64,000 nucleotides of DNA, from the NCBI GenBank assembly GCA_019414725.1, contig DXLM01000006.1:4851-68850 (forward strand), given 5' to 3'. This stretch comes from Bacteroides sp. (GTDB lineage: Bacteria > Bacteroidota > Bacteroidia > Bacteroidales > Bacteroidaceae). The notes beneath the pieces are model-generated. The model searched no databases and was not told the origin of the DNA. It saw only the letters and a program-made list of their open reading frames with translations. Every line of letters begins with the position of its first letter. Position 1 is the stretch's first letter. Below are positions 43,342-53,091 of this stretch, piece after piece. Made by a program: the position numbers and the translations under genes.

Positions 43342-44082
43342 ATGAAAAAATATGGTTTGATAGGTTATCCGTTAGGACACTCGTTCTCAAAGAACTTTTT
43401 CAATGAAAAGTTTCATTCGGAAAACATTGATGCCGAATATGTAAACTTCGAAATCCCATCCATCAAAGAACTGCCTTCTGTGCTATTGGCTAATCCTGAT
43501 TTAGTAGGGCTCAATGTCACTATACCTTATAAAGAACAAGTCATCTCTTATTTGGACGAACTGGATAAAGATGCGGCAGCCATCGGAGCCGTCAATGTAA
43601 TCAAAATTGTCCGCCAAAAAGGTAAGACCAGGCTGATAGGCTATAATTCCGATGTGATTGGCTTCACTCAATCTATCGAACCCTTGCTGGAACCCCAGCA
43701 CAAAAAAGCTCTGATCCTAGGAACAGGAGGGGCCTCGAAAGCGATTGCTTACGGACTGAAAAAATTAGGTTTGGAATGCAAATTCGTATCACGGAACCTG
43801 CGTGAAGAAATGCTGACTTACGATCAGCTCACTCCCGAAATCATGGATGAGTATAAAGTAGTTGTCAACTGTACTCCTGTAGGTATGTATCCCCGTGCCG
43901 ATGAATATCCCAATATTCCATACCAATATCTCACACCCAACCATTTGCTTTATGATTTGTTATATAATCCTGACACTACTCTTTTTATGAAAAAGGGGGC
44001 AGACAAAGGGGCAATTACCAAAAACGGTTTAGAAATGCTCTTATTACAAGCCTTTGGTGCATGGGATATATGGAACAAATAG
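43342..44082 (+). CDS. aroE: Shikimate dehydrogenase
   Basis: GYPLGHSFS, NVTIPYK, GYNSD, LGTGGAS, NGLEMLLLQA. Confidence 0.93.
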   Translation: MKKYGLIGYPLGHSFSKNFFNEKFHSENIDAEYVNFEIPSIKELPSVLLANPDLVGLNVTIPYKEQVISYLDELDKDAAAIGAVNVIKIVRQKGKTRLIGYNSDVIGFTQSIEPLLEPQHKKALILGTGGASKAIAYGLKKLGLECKFVSRNLREEMLTYDQLTPEIMDEYKVVVNCTPVGMYPRADEYPNIPYQYLTPNHLLYDLLYNPDTTLFMKKGADKGAITKNGLEMLLLQAFGAWDIWNK

Positions 44083-44089
44083 TTAAGGT

Positions 44090-45040
44090 ATGAAAAGAAA
44101 AAAAATGATTATTGGAACGAGTAGTATATTCGTTCTGCTTATTATAATCCTACTTGGAGGCAGTCAATATATGCTGAACTATTCCTTACGCCCTGAAAAC
44201 AGAGGAAAGAATTTGGAAAGTTCCTGGCAATATATGTTTAAGACTTACCCCTATCTAAAACCGTGGATAGATAGTCTGAAACAGAACCAAGCACTGAAGG
44301 ATACCTTTATCTATTCTCCCGACCACGTAAAACTGCATGCTTACTATGTGGCTTCCAGCCGCCCGACAGCCAAAACCGCAGTTATAGTACACGGGTATAC
44401 AGACAATGCCATCCGCATGATGATGATAGGTTATCTATACAATAAAAAACTGGATTTCAACATCCTCCTACCAGATTTACGCGACACTGGCCTGAGCGGT
44501 GGAAATGCCATACAAATGGGATGGTTAGACCGCAAAGATGTAACACAATGGATGGAGGTTGCCAATCGAATTTACGGTGACAGCACCAGCATGGTAGTAC
44601 ATGGAATCTCGATGGGTGCAGCCACCACTATGATGGTTTCGGGCGAACTGCAGCCCGACTATGTGAAATGTTTTGTTGAGGACTGCGGATATACCAGCGT
44701 ATGGGACCAATTTTCCAAAGAACTGAAAGAACAATTCGGCTTGCCTCAATTCCCGTTAATGTACACCGCCGACTGGTTATGCCAGCTGGAATATGGATGG
44801 GGGTTCAAAGAAGCATCCGCATTGAAACAGGTAGCCCGATGCCATCTGCCCATGTTCTTTATCCATGGTGATAAAGATGACTACGTACCCACATGGATGA
44901 TGTACAAATTGTATGAGGCAAAACCTCAGCCCAAAGCATTATGGATAGTTCCGGAAGCAGACCATGCACATTCCTATCTGTTCAATACTGAAGAATATAC
45001 CCAAAAAGTAAAAGCATTTGTAGACAAATACATCCAATGA
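44090..45040 (+). CDS. Membrane-anchored alpha/beta hydrolase
   Basis: VHGY, GISMG nucleophile elbow, IHGDKD, ADH. Confidence 0.88.
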   Translation: MKRKKMIIGTSSIFVLLIIILLGGSQYMLNYSLRPENRGKNLESSWQYMFKTYPYLKPWIDSLKQNQALKDTFIYSPDHVKLHAYYVASSRPTAKTAVIVHGYTDNAIRMMMIGYLYNKKLDFNILLPDLRDTGLSGGNAIQMGWLDRKDVTQWMEVANRIYGDSTSMVVHGISMGAATTMMVSGELQPDYVKCFVEDCGYTSVWDQFSKELKEQFGLPQFPLMYTADWLCQLEYGWGFKEASALKQVARCHLPMFFIHGDKDDYVPTWMMYKLYEAKPQPKALWIVPEADHAHSYLFNTEEYTQKVKAFVDKYIQ

Positions 45041-45957
45041 GAAAATTGACATTTTTACTTACTTTTTTCATGCTTCTAGGCTCCGTCCAGCTTCAAGCCA
45101 AAGAATATGCCATAAAAGACATACCGATGGTACATTTGCAAAACCGTACCCGCTACGTCAGCAATCCCGACAGTATCCTTTCATCCACCGCTGTCACCAC
45201 TATGGACAGCATCCTCTACGCTTTAGAGCAAAAAACAGGTATACAGACATTAGTGGTAGCGGTAACAGGCATAGAGGGAGGTGATTGTTTTGATTTTGCC
45301 CACCGGCTGGGACAGGAAACGGGCGTAGGACAAAAGGAACGTGACAATGGATTGGTCATCTTGCTTTCCACCGACGAACGGTGTGTGCAATTCGCTACCG
45401 GATATGGCCTTGAAGGGATATTGCCGGATGCCATCTGCAAACGGATTCAGAACCGCTATATGCTGCCCTATTTCAAGGACAATAACTGGAACGCCGGAAT
45501 GGTAGCAGGAATACGGGCTGTAAACGGCTACCTGGACGGTTCCATGGAAAATATCGGCAATGACGAAAGCGAAGATGATCCCTTGGAATTCATTATCATC
45601 TTTTTTGTGATTTTTGGAGGATTTATTGGCATCGGATTGTATGCAAACTGGCGTAAAACACGCTGCCCCCATTGCAAAAAACACAAACTGCAACGTCTTT
45701 CCTCCAAAGTTATAGACCGAAGTAACGGAACAAAGACTGAAGAAGTAGTATATAAATGCAGAAATTGCGGACATATCCTCAGACGGAAAGAACGGTCGAG
45801 AGATGAAAATTACAAAGGCCCCCGAGGAGGAGGGCCGTTCATAGGCGGAATGGGAGGAGGATTTTTTGGTGGCCACGGTGGAAGTGGAGGCGGATTTAGC
45901 GGAGGAAGTTTCGGAGGTGGAAGCTTTGGAGGCGGAGGAGCCGGAAGCCGTTTTTAA
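45037..45957 (+). CDS. TPM domain protein with TM helix, zinc ribbon and Gly-rich tail
   Basis: GVGQKERDNG..TGYGLEGILPD; CPHC...CRNC; GGSFGGGGAGSRF. Confidence 0.88.
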   Translation: MRKLTFLLTFFMLLGSVQLQAKEYAIKDIPMVHLQNRTRYVSNPDSILSSTAVTTMDSILYALEQKTGIQTLVVAVTGIEGGDCFDFAHRLGQETGVGQKERDNGLVILLSTDERCVQFATGYGLEGILPDAICKRIQNRYMLPYFKDNNWNAGMVAGIRAVNGYLDGSMENIGNDESEDDPLEFIIIFFVIFGGFIGIGLYANWRKTRCPHCKKHKLQRLSSKVIDRSNGTKTEEVVYKCRNCGHILRRKERSRDENYKGPRGGGPFIGGMGGGFFGGHGGSGGGFSGGSFGGGSFGGGGAGSRF

Positions 45958-45993
45958 GAACAAGAATATTCATAATTTTAATAGTATATACAT

Positions 45994-46575
45994 ATGAAAA
46001 AGTCAACGATTATTGTAATAGTAGTCATTGTATTAATTGCCATTTGGGGAATAACCTCTTATAATGGTATGGTAAAAATGGATGAATCTGTCAGCACAGC
46101 GTGGAGCAATGTAGAAAACCAGTACCAACGCCGTTCTGATTTAATACCCAACCTGGTAAATACAGTAAAGGGATACGCCTCACACGAAAAAGAAACTTTT
46201 CAAGCCGTAGTAGACGCCCGTAGCAAAGCCACTCAGATGCAGATCAGCGCCGATGACCTGACTCCCGAAAAAATGCAGGCCTATCAAAAGGCACAAGGCG
46301 AAGTAGGTAGTGCATTGAGCCGCCTGCTCGCTATCACCGAAGCTTATCCCGACTTGAAAGCCAATGAGAACTTCAAAGAGTTGCAAGCACAATTGGAAGG
46401 TACAGAAAACCGGATCAGTGTAGAACGCAAAAGATTCAATGACACAGCACGGGCATATAACACAGCCATCCGTACTTTCCCCCGTAACTTGCTTGCTGGC
46501 ATGTTCGGATTTAACAAACGCCCATATTTTGAATCTGAGGAAGGAGCCGATAAAGCACCTAAGGTAGAATTCTAA
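45994..46575 (+). CDS. lemA: LemA family protein
   Basis: QRRSDLIPNLVNTVKGY, EAYPDLKANENF, LEGTENRI. Confidence 0.93.
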   Translation: MKKSTIIVIVVIVLIAIWGITSYNGMVKMDESVSTAWSNVENQYQRRSDLIPNLVNTVKGYASHEKETFQAVVDARSKATQMQISADDLTPEKMQAYQKAQGEVGSALSRLLAITEAYPDLKANENFKELQAQLEGTENRISVERKRFNDTARAYNTAIRTFPRNLLAGMFGFNKRPYFESEEGADKAPKVEF

Positions 46576-46617
46576 CTCGTAAAAGATACCTGTTTCCATC
46601 CTTAAGAAACAGTTTCC

Positions 46618-46685
46618 GGGTACGGATTGTATGAATTTTACAGTTTGGAATAAGAAAAACTGTAAAATTCATACAATCCGTACCC
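46618..46685. repeat. 29-bp perfect inverted repeat with 10-nt loop
   Basis: GGGTACGGATTGTATGAATTTTACAGTTT / AAACTGTAAAATTCATACAATCCGTACCC. Confidence 0.85.
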
Positions 46686-46783
46686 CATTTTTATCCATTC
46701 TGCTAATTTTTCAGCAACAATCAAGTATATTATCCCTAAAATCATTATCTTTACGGAAAGAAACTTTTAAAACTACAAGCAAT

Positions 46784-47860
46784 ATGTTCAATTCATTTGG
46801 TAATATTTTCCGGTTAACCAGTTTCGGTGAATCCCATGGACCGGGAGTAGGCGGCGTCATTGACGGCTTCCCTGCCGGTATTAAGATTGATATGGATTTC
46901 GTTCAGCAGGAACTGAACCGCCGCCGTCCCGGACAGTCATTACTTACCACCAGCCGCAAGGAGCCTGATACAGTGGAATTCCTTTCAGGTATATTCGAAG
47001 GCAAGTCCACCGGCTGCCCCATCGGATTTGTGGTATGGAACAAGAACCAACATTCAAACGACTACGAGAATATCAAGAATCTGTTCCGCCCTTCACACGC
47101 AGATTATACTTATATGCAAAAATACGGAATCCGTGACTACCGTGGCGGGGGACGTTCATCAGCACGAGAAACCATTTCACGTGTAGTAGCAGGAGCTTTA
47201 GCCAAATTGGCATTGAAACAACTAGGAATCAGTGTCACAGCTTATACCTCACAGGTAGGACCTGTCAAACTTGATAAAGATTACAAAAGCTATAACCTCG
47301 ACTTGATAGAAACAAACGATGTGCGTTGTCCCGATCCGGAGAAAGCCAAGGAAATGGCAGAACTTATCTGGAAAATCAAAGGAGAAGGCGATACAATAGG
47401 CGGGGTAGTGAGTTGCGTCATCAAAGGATGCCCTATCGGACTAGGGCAACCCGTATTCGGTAAGTTACATGCCGCACTAGGAAATGCCATGTTAAGTATC
47501 AATGCCGTAAAAGGTTTCTCTTACGGACAAGGTTTTGACTCCATGGAGCTAAAAGGCAGTGAGCAGAATGATGTATTTTATAATAATAACGGAAGAGTAG
47601 AAACAAAAAGTAATTATTCCGGAGGAATACAAGGAGGCATCAGCAACGGGCAAGACATTTACTTCCGTGTGGCATTCAAGCCAGTTGCCACAATTCTGAT
47701 GGAGCAACATACAGTAAATATCAACGGCACAGACACGACCATGAAAGCCAAAGGGCGTCATGATGCCTGCGTACTGCCGCGTGCCGTCCCCATTGTAGAA
47801 GCCATGGCTGCCATGACCATTTTGGATTATTATCTGATAGACAGAACTACACAACTATAA
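46784..47860 (+). CDS. aroC: Chorismate synthase
   Basis: [30 protein letters not shown] at 46784. Confidence 0.97.
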   Translation: MFNSFGNIFRLTSFGESHGPGVGGVIDGFPAGIKIDMDFVQQELNRRRPGQSLLTTSRKEPDTVEFLSGIFEGKSTGCPIGFVVWNKNQHSNDYENIKNLFRPSHADYTYMQKYGIRDYRGGGRSSARETISRVVAGALAKLALKQLGISVTAYTSQVGPVKLDKDYKSYNLDLIETNDVRCPDPEKAKEMAELIWKIKGEGDTIGGVVSCVIKGCPIGLGQPVFGKLHAALGNAMLSINAVKGFSYGQGFDSMELKGSEQNDVFYNNNGRVETKSNYSGGIQGGISNGQDIYFRVAFKPVATILMEQHTVNINGTDTTMKAKGRHDACVLPRAVPIVEAMAAMTILDYYLIDRTTQL

Positions 47861-47873
47861 GAATCATTCAATT

Positions 47874-49226
47874 ATGGAAATAAAACAATACATTAAAGAA
47901 AATGAAGCGCGCTTCATGGAGGAACTTTTCAGCCTCATCCGTATTCCCAGTATCAGTGCTTTACCCGAACATAAAGACGATATGCTGGCCTGTGCCTTAC
48001 GTTGGAAAGAACTTTTGTTGGCAGCCGGAGCAGACGAAGCCATGGTAATGCCCTCACAAGGCAATCCATTGGTATTTGCACAAAAGCATGTAAGCAATGA
48101 TGCTCCTACCCTATTGATTTATGCCCACTATGACGTAATGCCTGCCGAGCCGTTGGACCTGTGGAAAAGCCAGCCTTTTGAACCTGAAATTCGTGACGGA
48201 CACATTTGGGCACGTGGAGCTGACGATGATAAAGGACAAGCCATGATCCAAGTAAAAGCATTCGAATACGTAGTAAAAAACGGACTGCTGAAACACAATG
48301 TGAAATTTATTTTCGAAGGTGAAGAAGAAATAGGTTCTCCCAGTCTGAATACCTTCATCAAGGAACATAAGGAATTGCTGAAAGCCGATGTAATTCTTGT
48401 TTCGGATACCAGTATGCTAGGCGCGGATCTTCCCTCTCTGACCACAGGTTTACGAGGACTGGCTTATTGGGAAATAGAAGTGACCGGTCCGAACCGTGAC
48501 CTTCATTCCGGACACTTCGGCGGAGCGGTAGCCAATCCTATCAATACCCTGTGCAGTATGTTAGCCCAAGTCATTGGCGAAGACGGACACATCACTATCC
48601 CCCATTTCTATGACGATGTAGAGGAAGTACCGGCAGCCGAACGTGAGATGATTGCACAAATTCCTTTCGACGAAAAAAAATACATGGAAGCCATCGGTGT
48701 AAAAGCACTGAAAGGTGAAAAAGGATATTCAACTTTAGAACGTAACAGCTGCCGTCCCTCTTTTGACATTTGTGGCATCTGGGGCGGATATACAGGCGAA
48801 GGTTCAAAAACAGTACTTCCCTCAAAAGCATATGCCAAGGTATCGTGCCGACTGGTTCCACATCAAAACCACGCTGTAATTTCCCAATTGTTTGTGGACT
48901 ATATCCAGTCTATCGCTCCGGAATATGTACAAGTAAAAGTAACCCCGATGCACGGAGGCGAAGGATATGTATGCCCCATCACCTTGCCCGCTTACCAGGC
49001 TGCCGAAAAAGGCTTTGCTAAGGCATTCGGAAAAAAACCACTTGCCGTACGCCGTGGAGGAAGTATTCCTATCATCAGCGATTTTGAACAAATCCTAGGT
49101 ATAAAGACCGTTCTCATGGGATTCGGATTGGAAAGTGACGCCATCCATTCGCCCAATGAAAACTTCTCTCTGGATATATTCCGCAAAGGAATTGAAGCTG
49201 TGGTAGAATTCCATCTCAATTATTAA
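47874..49226 (+). CDS. M20 family dipeptidase
   Basis: HYDVMP, RGADDDKG, EGEEEIGS, HSPNE. Confidence 0.92.
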   Translation: MEIKQYIKENEARFMEELFSLIRIPSISALPEHKDDMLACALRWKELLLAAGADEAMVMPSQGNPLVFAQKHVSNDAPTLLIYAHYDVMPAEPLDLWKSQPFEPEIRDGHIWARGADDDKGQAMIQVKAFEYVVKNGLLKHNVKFIFEGEEEIGSPSLNTFIKEHKELLKADVILVSDTSMLGADLPSLTTGLRGLAYWEIEVTGPNRDLHSGHFGGAVANPINTLCSMLAQVIGEDGHITIPHFYDDVEEVPAAEREMIAQIPFDEKKYMEAIGVKALKGEKGYSTLERNSCRPSFDICGIWGGYTGEGSKTVLPSKAYAKVSCRLVPHQNHAVISQLFVDYIQSIAPEYVQVKVTPMHGGEGYVCPITLPAYQAAEKGFAKAFGKKPLAVRRGGSIPIISDFEQILGIKTVLMGFGLESDAIHSPNENFSLDIFRKGIEAVVEFHLNY

Positions 49227-49238
49227 TCAATAATAAAA

Positions 49239-49868
49239 ATGAATGCGGCAACAATCTTTAAAACTCTGACAACTGTTACTCTTTCAATAACATTACTAAT
49301 TACAGGAGGTTGTAACAATATGGAAGCAAAAAAAGAAGAAACAGGAAAGAACACGGCTATAGAAAATATCTTTGCCCGAAAGAGCGTCCGGACCTATACA
49401 CCCCAACCGATAGAAAAAGAAAAAGTGGATTTATTAGTAAAAGCTGCCATGGCTGCACCGACAGCAGTAAACAAGCAGCCCTGGGCTTTCGTGGTAGTGG
49501 ATGACCGTAAAGTATTGGATAAACTGGCCGCCGAACTGCCTTATGCCAAAATGACGGCACAGGCTCCGCTAGCCATCGTGGTTTGTGGTGATTTAAGCAA
49601 AGCCCTGAACGGAGAAACAGATAGGTACTGGATGCTGGACTGCTCTGCCGCATCCGAAAATCTGTTGCTGGCAGCAGAATCAATGGGGTTGGGAGCGGTA
49701 TGGACTGCGGTCTATCCGGAGAACGACCGCATTGCAAAGGTTAGGTCAGTCTTGTCTTTACCAGACCATATCATTCCTTTCAATTTGATTCCGGTAGGTT
49801 ATCCGCAACATCGGGAAGAAGCTAAAGACAAATTCAAGACCGAAAATATCCATTATAACAAATGGTGA
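49239..49868 (+). CDS. Nitroreductase family protein
   Basis: RKSVR, APTAVNKQPW, GLGAVW, PVGYP; possible lipoprotein signal. Confidence 0.9.
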   Translation: MNAATIFKTLTTVTLSITLLITGGCNNMEAKKEETGKNTAIENIFARKSVRTYTPQPIEKEKVDLLVKAAMAAPTAVNKQPWAFVVVDDRKVLDKLAAELPYAKMTAQAPLAIVVCGDLSKALNGETDRYWMLDCSAASENLLLAAESMGLGAVWTAVYPENDRIAKVRSVLSLPDHIIPFNLIPVGYPQHREEAKDKFKTENIHYNKW

Positions 49869-49893
49869 ACAAAGGTCTAGAAATATAAATTAA

Positions 49894-49922
49894 GTCGGCT
49901 GGTTTAATATAAATCAGCCGAC
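49894..49922. terminator. Hairpin between convergent genes
   Basis: GTCGGCTGGTTT / AAATCAGCCGAC. Confidence 0.6.
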
Positions 49923-49955
49923 AATCTCTTTCCATTCATCCATAATCAATTTTTC

Positions 49956-50204
49956 TCAATCTCTATTAGCCTTATCAAGTTTCTTTTTGGCTTTTTCTAT
50001 CTTGCTTTTAGCTTTATCCAAGGTTTCCCCAACCTCATCGGCTTTATCCTCAATTTGATCTTTGGCATCATCCACCACATCTTCAACCGATTCTTTGGCT
50101 TTTTCTATACGCTCCTCGAATTTATCCTTTCCTTTCTTTTCGCCACAAGATGTAACAGCAAACACCGTCATGCACACTAACACTGTAAATAATTGTCTTT
50201 TCAT
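49956..50204 (-). CDS. Small charged helical lipoprotein
   Basis: VTS-C lipobox; K/E/D/A-rich amphipathic helix. Confidence 0.7.
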   Translation of the reverse strand: MKRQLFTVLVCMTVFAVTSCGEKKGKDKFEERIEKAKESVEDVVDDAKDQIEDKADEVGETLDKAKSKIEKAKKKLDKANRD

Positions 50205-50340
50205 ACTTTTTCTATTTGATTATAAACTTGATTTTAAACTATGTTCAAATATAAGCATATAGCCTATTTCTTACAAATTCAACCTGTTCTTTGATACATA
50301 TAAAATCTAAATCCGACAGGAAAAAAACTTATCCCATCAA

Positions 50341-50367
50341 AAAAAGCCACCATAGCAAGGTGGCTTT
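50341..50367 (-). terminator. Intrinsic terminator
   Basis: AAAGCCACC / GGTGGCTTT with A-run. Confidence 0.65.
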
Positions 50368-50409
50368 CAATATATTAATAAAACATTCAATTCTATACTA
50401 CCTGTCAAA

Positions 50410-50733
50410 CTACTTTGTAGCAGGAGCCGTTTTAGCAGGAGCCGTCTTTATATTAATAAGAATACTATTTTCAACCCCTTCCTTGGTTACATATATTATT
50501 CTATATGCCTTCACCCCTTCTTCTTTCAGAGAAAGAGAAGCACTTTTAAGAGTTGATTCGGGATATTTTTTGGCTATGGCATCTTTAACAGATTGAGGAA
50601 CCTCTTTCAGGTCTATGTTTTTAAATCCGTCTTCAACGGCAACTGTATCATTCTTTACTTTCATGGTATCATCAGCCATGACAAAAGTTCCTACACCAAA
50701 AAGGAATACAAGTGATAAAAATATCTTTTTCAT
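50410..50733 (-). CDS. Small secreted PepSY-like/DUF2874-like protein
   Basis: Signal peptide; IDLKEVPQSVKDAIAKKYP motif. Confidence 0.7.
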   Translation of the reverse strand: MKKIFLSLVFLFGVGTFVMADDTMKVKNDTVAVEDGFKNIDLKEVPQSVKDAIAKKYPESTLKSASLSLKEEGVKAYRIIYVTKEGVENSILINIKTAPAKTAPATK

Positions 50734-51031
50734 AATGGTTAAATTTAAATGTTTACCTACCGACAGATATCATAAAAGACAAGAAAAATATACATCATAT
50801 TCAGTCATTTCCTCCCATTAGAATATCTTCGCCAAGTAAGAATACTAAACTAAGAAAATTATATTGAGAACTAAATTATCAAGAAAAGAAGTACATACCA
50901 AATATATAAACTAAAGTTTGTGGAAATAAACATTCTTTAATCCACACCAGCTTATGCTTCCACAGGCTTATTTATTCCGGCTTTCCTGATCATTAAGTAA
51001 ATAGGCTTCTGTAGAGATAGTTGTACAAACG

Positions 51032-51063
51032 TTTGGCATAATGCAGCAAAATACGTACTTTTG
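51032..51063 (+). promoter_or_regulatory. Housekeeping promoter of xpt
   Basis: TTTG-N20-TACTTTTG. Confidence 0.65.
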
Positions 51064-51089
51064 CGACTCATTTATAAAATACAGTTTGA

Positions 51090-51656
51090 ATGAAAGCATT
51101 AAAAGAACGCATTTTACGGGACGGAAAATGTTTCGAAGGAGGAATACTGAAAGTAGACAATTTCATCAATCACCAAATGGATCCTATCCTCATGAAATCC
51201 ATTGCTGTAGAATTTGTACGCCGTTTCGCCTCTACCAATATCAATAAAGTTATGACCATCGAAGCCAGTGGTATAGCTCCCGCCATCATGGTAGGCTACT
51301 TACTGGAACTTCCAGTTGTCTTCGCCAAGAAAAAGAAACCCGTCACAATGGAAAATATGCTCACCACCAGTGTATATTCATTTACTAAAGACCGTTCTTA
51401 TGATGTATGTGTCAGCAAAGATTTCCTGTCCAAAGGAGACCGTGTTCTTTTTATTGACGACTTTCTCGCCAACGGCAATGCAGCCAAGGGTATCATCGAT
51501 TTGGTAGAAAAAGCCGGAGCCGAACTGTCCGGAATGGGATTCATCATCGAAAAAGCATTCCAACATGGCGGAGATTATTTGCGTAATGCAGGTATCCGCG
51601 TAGAATCATTGGCCATCATTGAAAGTCTGGACAATTGTGAAATCAAAATAAGATAA
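51090..51656 (+). CDS. xpt: Xanthine phosphoribosyltransferase
   Basis: [26 protein letters not shown]. Confidence 0.95.
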   Translation: MKALKERILRDGKCFEGGILKVDNFINHQMDPILMKSIAVEFVRRFASTNINKVMTIEASGIAPAIMVGYLLELPVVFAKKKKPVTMENMLTTSVYSFTKDRSYDVCVSKDFLSKGDRVLFIDDFLANGNAAKGIIDLVEKAGAELSGMGFIIEKAFQHGGDYLRNAGIRVESLAIIESLDNCEIKIR

Positions 51657-51660
51657 CCCC

Positions 51661-52995
51661 ATGCAGGAATCTCAAACCGCCCAATCCAATACCGGACTGA
51701 TTTACGGATTGAACGACCGCCCCCCTGTACGAGAGGCCATTTTTGCTGCCATACAGCATTTACTTGCTATTTTTGTAGCCATCATCACTCCGCCTCTTAT
51801 CATCGCTGGAGCATTAAAACTGGATTTGGAAACCACCAGTTTCCTAGTATCCATGTCTCTCTTTGCCTCAGGTATTTCTACCTTTATCCAATGCAGACGG
51901 ATAGGAGGCATCGGCACCGGTCTCTTATGTATCCAAGGAACCAGTTTTTCATTTATCGGTCCCATCATCTCGGCAGGTATGCTGGGCGGACTTCCACTGA
52001 TTTTCGGCACTTGCATCGTGGCATCATCTGTAGAGATGGTCATCAGCCGCATCTTAAAATATACCCGCAAAATAATCACCCCTCTGGTATCGGGCATTGT
52101 AGTCACTTTGATTGGAATGAGCCTGATAAAAGTAGGTATCACAGCTTGTGGCGGGGGTGTCTCTGCTCAAAGCAACGGCACTTTCGGAAGTTTTGAGAAT
52201 CTAGGTCTAGCTCTGCTAGTACTTATCCTCATCATCCTTTTTAATAGAAGTTCCAACCGCTACCTACGCATGAGTTCCATCGTTATCGGTTTGATTATAG
52301 GATATTTAGTTGCCTGGGGTCTCGGTAGAATTGATTTCTCGGCAGTACAAAGTTTTGGTGGTTTCAATATTCCCCTCCCATTCAAATACGGACTGGATTT
52401 CGACTTCTCCGCATTCATAGCTTTGGGGTTAGTATTTTTGATAACAGCCATAGAAGCCTATGGAGACATTACTGCCAATTCACTGATATCAGGAGAACCT
52501 GTAGAAGGAAAAACATTCATCAAACGTGCTTCAGGAGGAATTTTGGCAGACGGATTCAATTCGATGCTGGCAGGTATTCTCAACTCTTTTCCAAACTCCG
52601 TTTTCGCGCAAAATAACGGTATGATACAACTGACAGGAGTAGCCAGCCGATATGTAGGCTATTACATTGCAGGTTTTCTTATTCTATTAGGATTATTTCC
52701 CAGTGTAGGATTAATTTTCTCCCTAATGCCCGAACCTGTATTGGGAGGCGCTACTTTACTGATGTTCGGAACAGTAGCTTCAGCAGGCATTCGCATTATC
52801 GCAGCACAGAAGATCAACAACCGGAAAGCAACATTAGTCATCGCACTTAGTTTCGCTTTAGGTTTAAGTGTAGAAATGGTTCCTGAAATACTATGTCAAT
52901 TTCCGGAATCAATAAAGAATATTTTCTCATCCGGCATTACAACAGGCGGAGTGACTGCTATCATTTCAAATGCACTGATACGGATGAAAGAGTAA
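51661..52995 (+). CDS. NCS2 family xanthine/uracil permease
   Basis: QH motif in TM1; FAQNNGMIQLTG NAT signature. Confidence 0.93.
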   Translation: MQESQTAQSNTGLIYGLNDRPPVREAIFAAIQHLLAIFVAIITPPLIIAGALKLDLETTSFLVSMSLFASGISTFIQCRRIGGIGTGLLCIQGTSFSFIGPIISAGMLGGLPLIFGTCIVASSVEMVISRILKYTRKIITPLVSGIVVTLIGMSLIKVGITACGGGVSAQSNGTFGSFENLGLALLVLILIILFNRSSNRYLRMSSIVIGLIIGYLVAWGLGRIDFSAVQSFGGFNIPLPFKYGLDFDFSAFIALGLVFLITAIEAYGDITANSLISGEPVEGKTFIKRASGGILADGFNSMLAGILNSFPNSVFAQNNGMIQLTGVASRYVGYYIAGFLILLGLFPSVGLIFSLMPEPVLGGATLLMFGTVASAGIRIIAAQKINNRKATLVIALSFALGLSVEMVPEILCQFPESIKNIFSSGITTGGVTAIISNALIRMKE

Positions 52996-53091
52996 AAACA
53001 AGTAATTTTCTCATAATTTGGAACTAAAGCATTAACTTTCTTTGCAAATCAGCCAAGAAAGGGAGAATAATATATATCTTTGTTCCAAAAT

